Assembly (NCBI GenBank): GCA_965112155.1
Contig: OZ218101.1
Source of the DNA: Podarcis liolepis
Lineage: Eukaryota
Length of the DNA stretch: 64,000 nt
Direction: 5' to 3' (one strand)
In this document: piece after piece, positions 61,887 through 64,000 of the stretch
Layout of the letters: each line of letters starts with the position of its first letter
Position numbering within the stretch: the stretch's first letter is position 1
The notes under the pieces: generated by a model
What the model was told of the DNA's origin: nothing
The model's database searches: none
What the model saw: the letters and a program-made list of their open reading frames with translations, nothing else
Position numbers and translations under genes: made by a program

Positions 61887-63770
61887 GTGAGTAGATTTTA
61901 TTTGCACATAACTTTTGTTTCTAATGTATTTGCTTTTAGTCTGGATCATCTAAAGTGCTGCTGGTGCCTAGCAACCCTTGCCAGTAACTTTTCCAGTCAG
62001 ACTCCGGAAAAGGGAACTCCCTTTTATTTAAGCGAATAACTCAGTTGATTCCCCATCCACCATATGTGCTGTGAGCCGCCGAGAGTGGCTGGGGAAACCC
62101 AGCCAAGTGGGTGAGGTATAAATAATAAAATTATTATTATTACGACCCCAGCAACAAACTGTAACTATCTCCTCATGCTTCAGTAATCCTGGCTCCGCTG
62201 AAGACAATATGGCTTGAAATAACCTCAGCAAATACCCTGGATTTCCTTAGCCCCTGGTGGTGGTTGGTACGATAGCACTGATCTGTAATGTTTTGGGTTG
62301 GATGGAGACACCAGAACCCTGCAGTTTTGCTATAGATTCATTATATATTTGCCAACACAGCAACTGAAAAGACCAGGCTGTAAGAAGCAAAGGAGACCAC
62401 CTAGCTAGCAATGCTCACTGTGTTTTGGATTGAGGGATCCAAATACTTAGTAGGTTTGGGGACCCCCACCCCTAGTCAGGGGTCCAGGCATGTTTGCCAC
62501 AGTTCAGAGGGGAACAACTGAGGGGAGGCAACTGCAGGGCAAAACTGGTGGGTACGAGGGAAAAGATAGGTCTTCCCCTTCTTGCCCACTGCTCCTTTTC
62601 TGGGAATTGCTTACCCCAGAGCTTTCCATCCTTTCTGGTGGCAACCCAGATCTCAGATCTTGTCTGGTTGCCAGAACATGGCCATTTTATAAGAGATGGT
62701 GGGTCTGCGTACCACAGAACTGTCCACACTTTGCTCATCTGAGAGGGCTGAGTCAGCACTCTGCCTGCTTGCACAACAAGACTTGCTAGCATAAAGCTTG
62801 CCTGAGAGGGGTTAGGGATGAGCTTATTACCTTGTCCACTTGGTGCCTGCTCAGGCAAACCAGCCCCATCAGTTGAGAATTGTGCACCTAAAGTAAACCT
62901 CTTTCAGTTTTAAAACTAGTGAAGTCCTTCCATGGTAGTGTTTGGGGACAGTAATTTTGTTTGCTGCACCACCTTAGCTTGATGGCGCTGGTAAACCCCA
63001 GGCTGTGTACACAATATATCTGTAAGGGACACCCCCCCCCCAAGGGATTTTGGGCACTGTGCTTTCTTAAGGGTTGCTGGGAATTGTAACTCTATGTGAG
63101 GCGTAAGCCACAGCACCTAGAATTCTGCAAGGGAAACTTATTTGTTTTTAATATCAAGGTATATTGTGTATGGAGCCAAAGTATCCAGTGAACATCTGGA
63201 AGGCACTGTAGGATTAACACAACAGCCCATGTTGGTGATGAAGCCGCATGTCTTGTGACCTTCATAGAATAACTATTAAGGGCAAAGGAGCTCTGTTCTC
63301 TGTAGGATCTGGTAGACATGTGACAGGCCTCTCTGAAATGAGACAGAGCTCCTGTGATCCCCAAGCAGTTAGCTCGTGCATGCAGTCCTTTTTAAACACA
63401 CCATGATCTAGGAAAATGGCATGATCAATACTGCACATGTCACAGAGAGACTTGGTGTACATGTCTGCAGGCTGTGTGTTTTGGTACCCGGCAGCTGCAA
63501 GCAATTTTATTAAAGCAGGAAAAATAAGTGCACGTTGGGAAATATTCAATTTTTCATTATCAGAAGTTTTCCTTAAGGCTAGGTGGATGCTTCCCATGCA
63601 AAATTATTACACTGCCTCATAATATGAAGCAGGTGTAGGATTCACCATTAGACACTTTTAGTTGGAGCCTTTAAGGTTGAATATCCCTGAGATGACTGAG
63701 GGTTGTGGCAAGCTGACCAAAATGCATATAAGCAAGGTTTTTCTTTTTCTCCTCCACTCCCCACCTCCAG

Positions 63771-63955
63771 CTGAACCCTCCACCCACAAAGGCGAAGCTC
63801 CTATTGACCCCAGCCTGGGCAAGAAGCCATCTTGCAGGTTCCTTCGCTCCTGGCTGGACAACTGCTCTGGGATAAATGACCCCAGCTTTGGTTACAAAGA
63901 CGGCAAACCATGTGTCCTCATCAAACTCAACAGGATTATGGGCTTCATACCAAAG
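63771..63955 (+). CDS. ATP1B1: Na+/K+-ATPase beta-1 subunit, exon 4 (gene continues beyond the window)
   Basis: Polypyrimidine tract plus CAG|; encodes (T)EPSTHKGEAPIDPSLGKKPSCRFLRSWLDNCSGINDPSFGYKDGKPCVLIKLNRIMGFIPK with conserved cysteines and an NCS sequon; 185 nt; ends AAG|GCAAGT. Confidence 0.95.
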
Positions 63956-64000
63956 GCAAGTGCTGCTAGGCCTGTTTTTAAAGGAAGGGGGTAAGGAAAA

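Noticed and set aside
61523-61894. 123-aa ORF (and 63662-63994, 110 aa) as stand-alone genes
   Set aside because: These are ATP1B1 exons 3 and 4 with in-frame intronic extensions.
63991-63996. GTAAGG as the main exon 4 donor
   Set aside because: It adds 35 nt of non-homologous sequence and changes the phase; the GC donor at 63956 fits the protein homology.

Overview
This window is vertebrate genomic DNA, almost certainly from a squamate and probably a lacertid lizard (Sauria/Squam1 SINEs, BovB, CR1, L2 and Penelope-like elements). It has three parts. (1) 1-2050 is the 3' end of a class I endogenous retrovirus: an open ERV3/HERV-I-like env, a polypurine tract and a ~1 kb 3' LTR. (2) ~2-35 kb is repeat-dense intergenic DNA with many transposon insertions, several with clear target-site duplications (TSDs). 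(3) The rest holds a CpG-island promoter and coding exons 1-4 of ATP1B1 (Na+/K+-ATPase beta-1) on the + strand; the gene runs off the window end. The most notable observations are a perfect 105-bp-arm palindrome in ATP1B1 intron 2, built from a Penelope-like terminal repeat carrying a minimal hammerhead-ribozyme core; further decayed Penelope hammerhead motifs; a non-canonical GC splice donor after ATP1B1 exon 4; a CR1 fragment embedded in the ERV LTR; and SINEs that share one CR1 tail but carry two different tRNA heads. I found no prokaryotic-type system such as CRISPR. Repeat family names come from visual recognition, not database searches.
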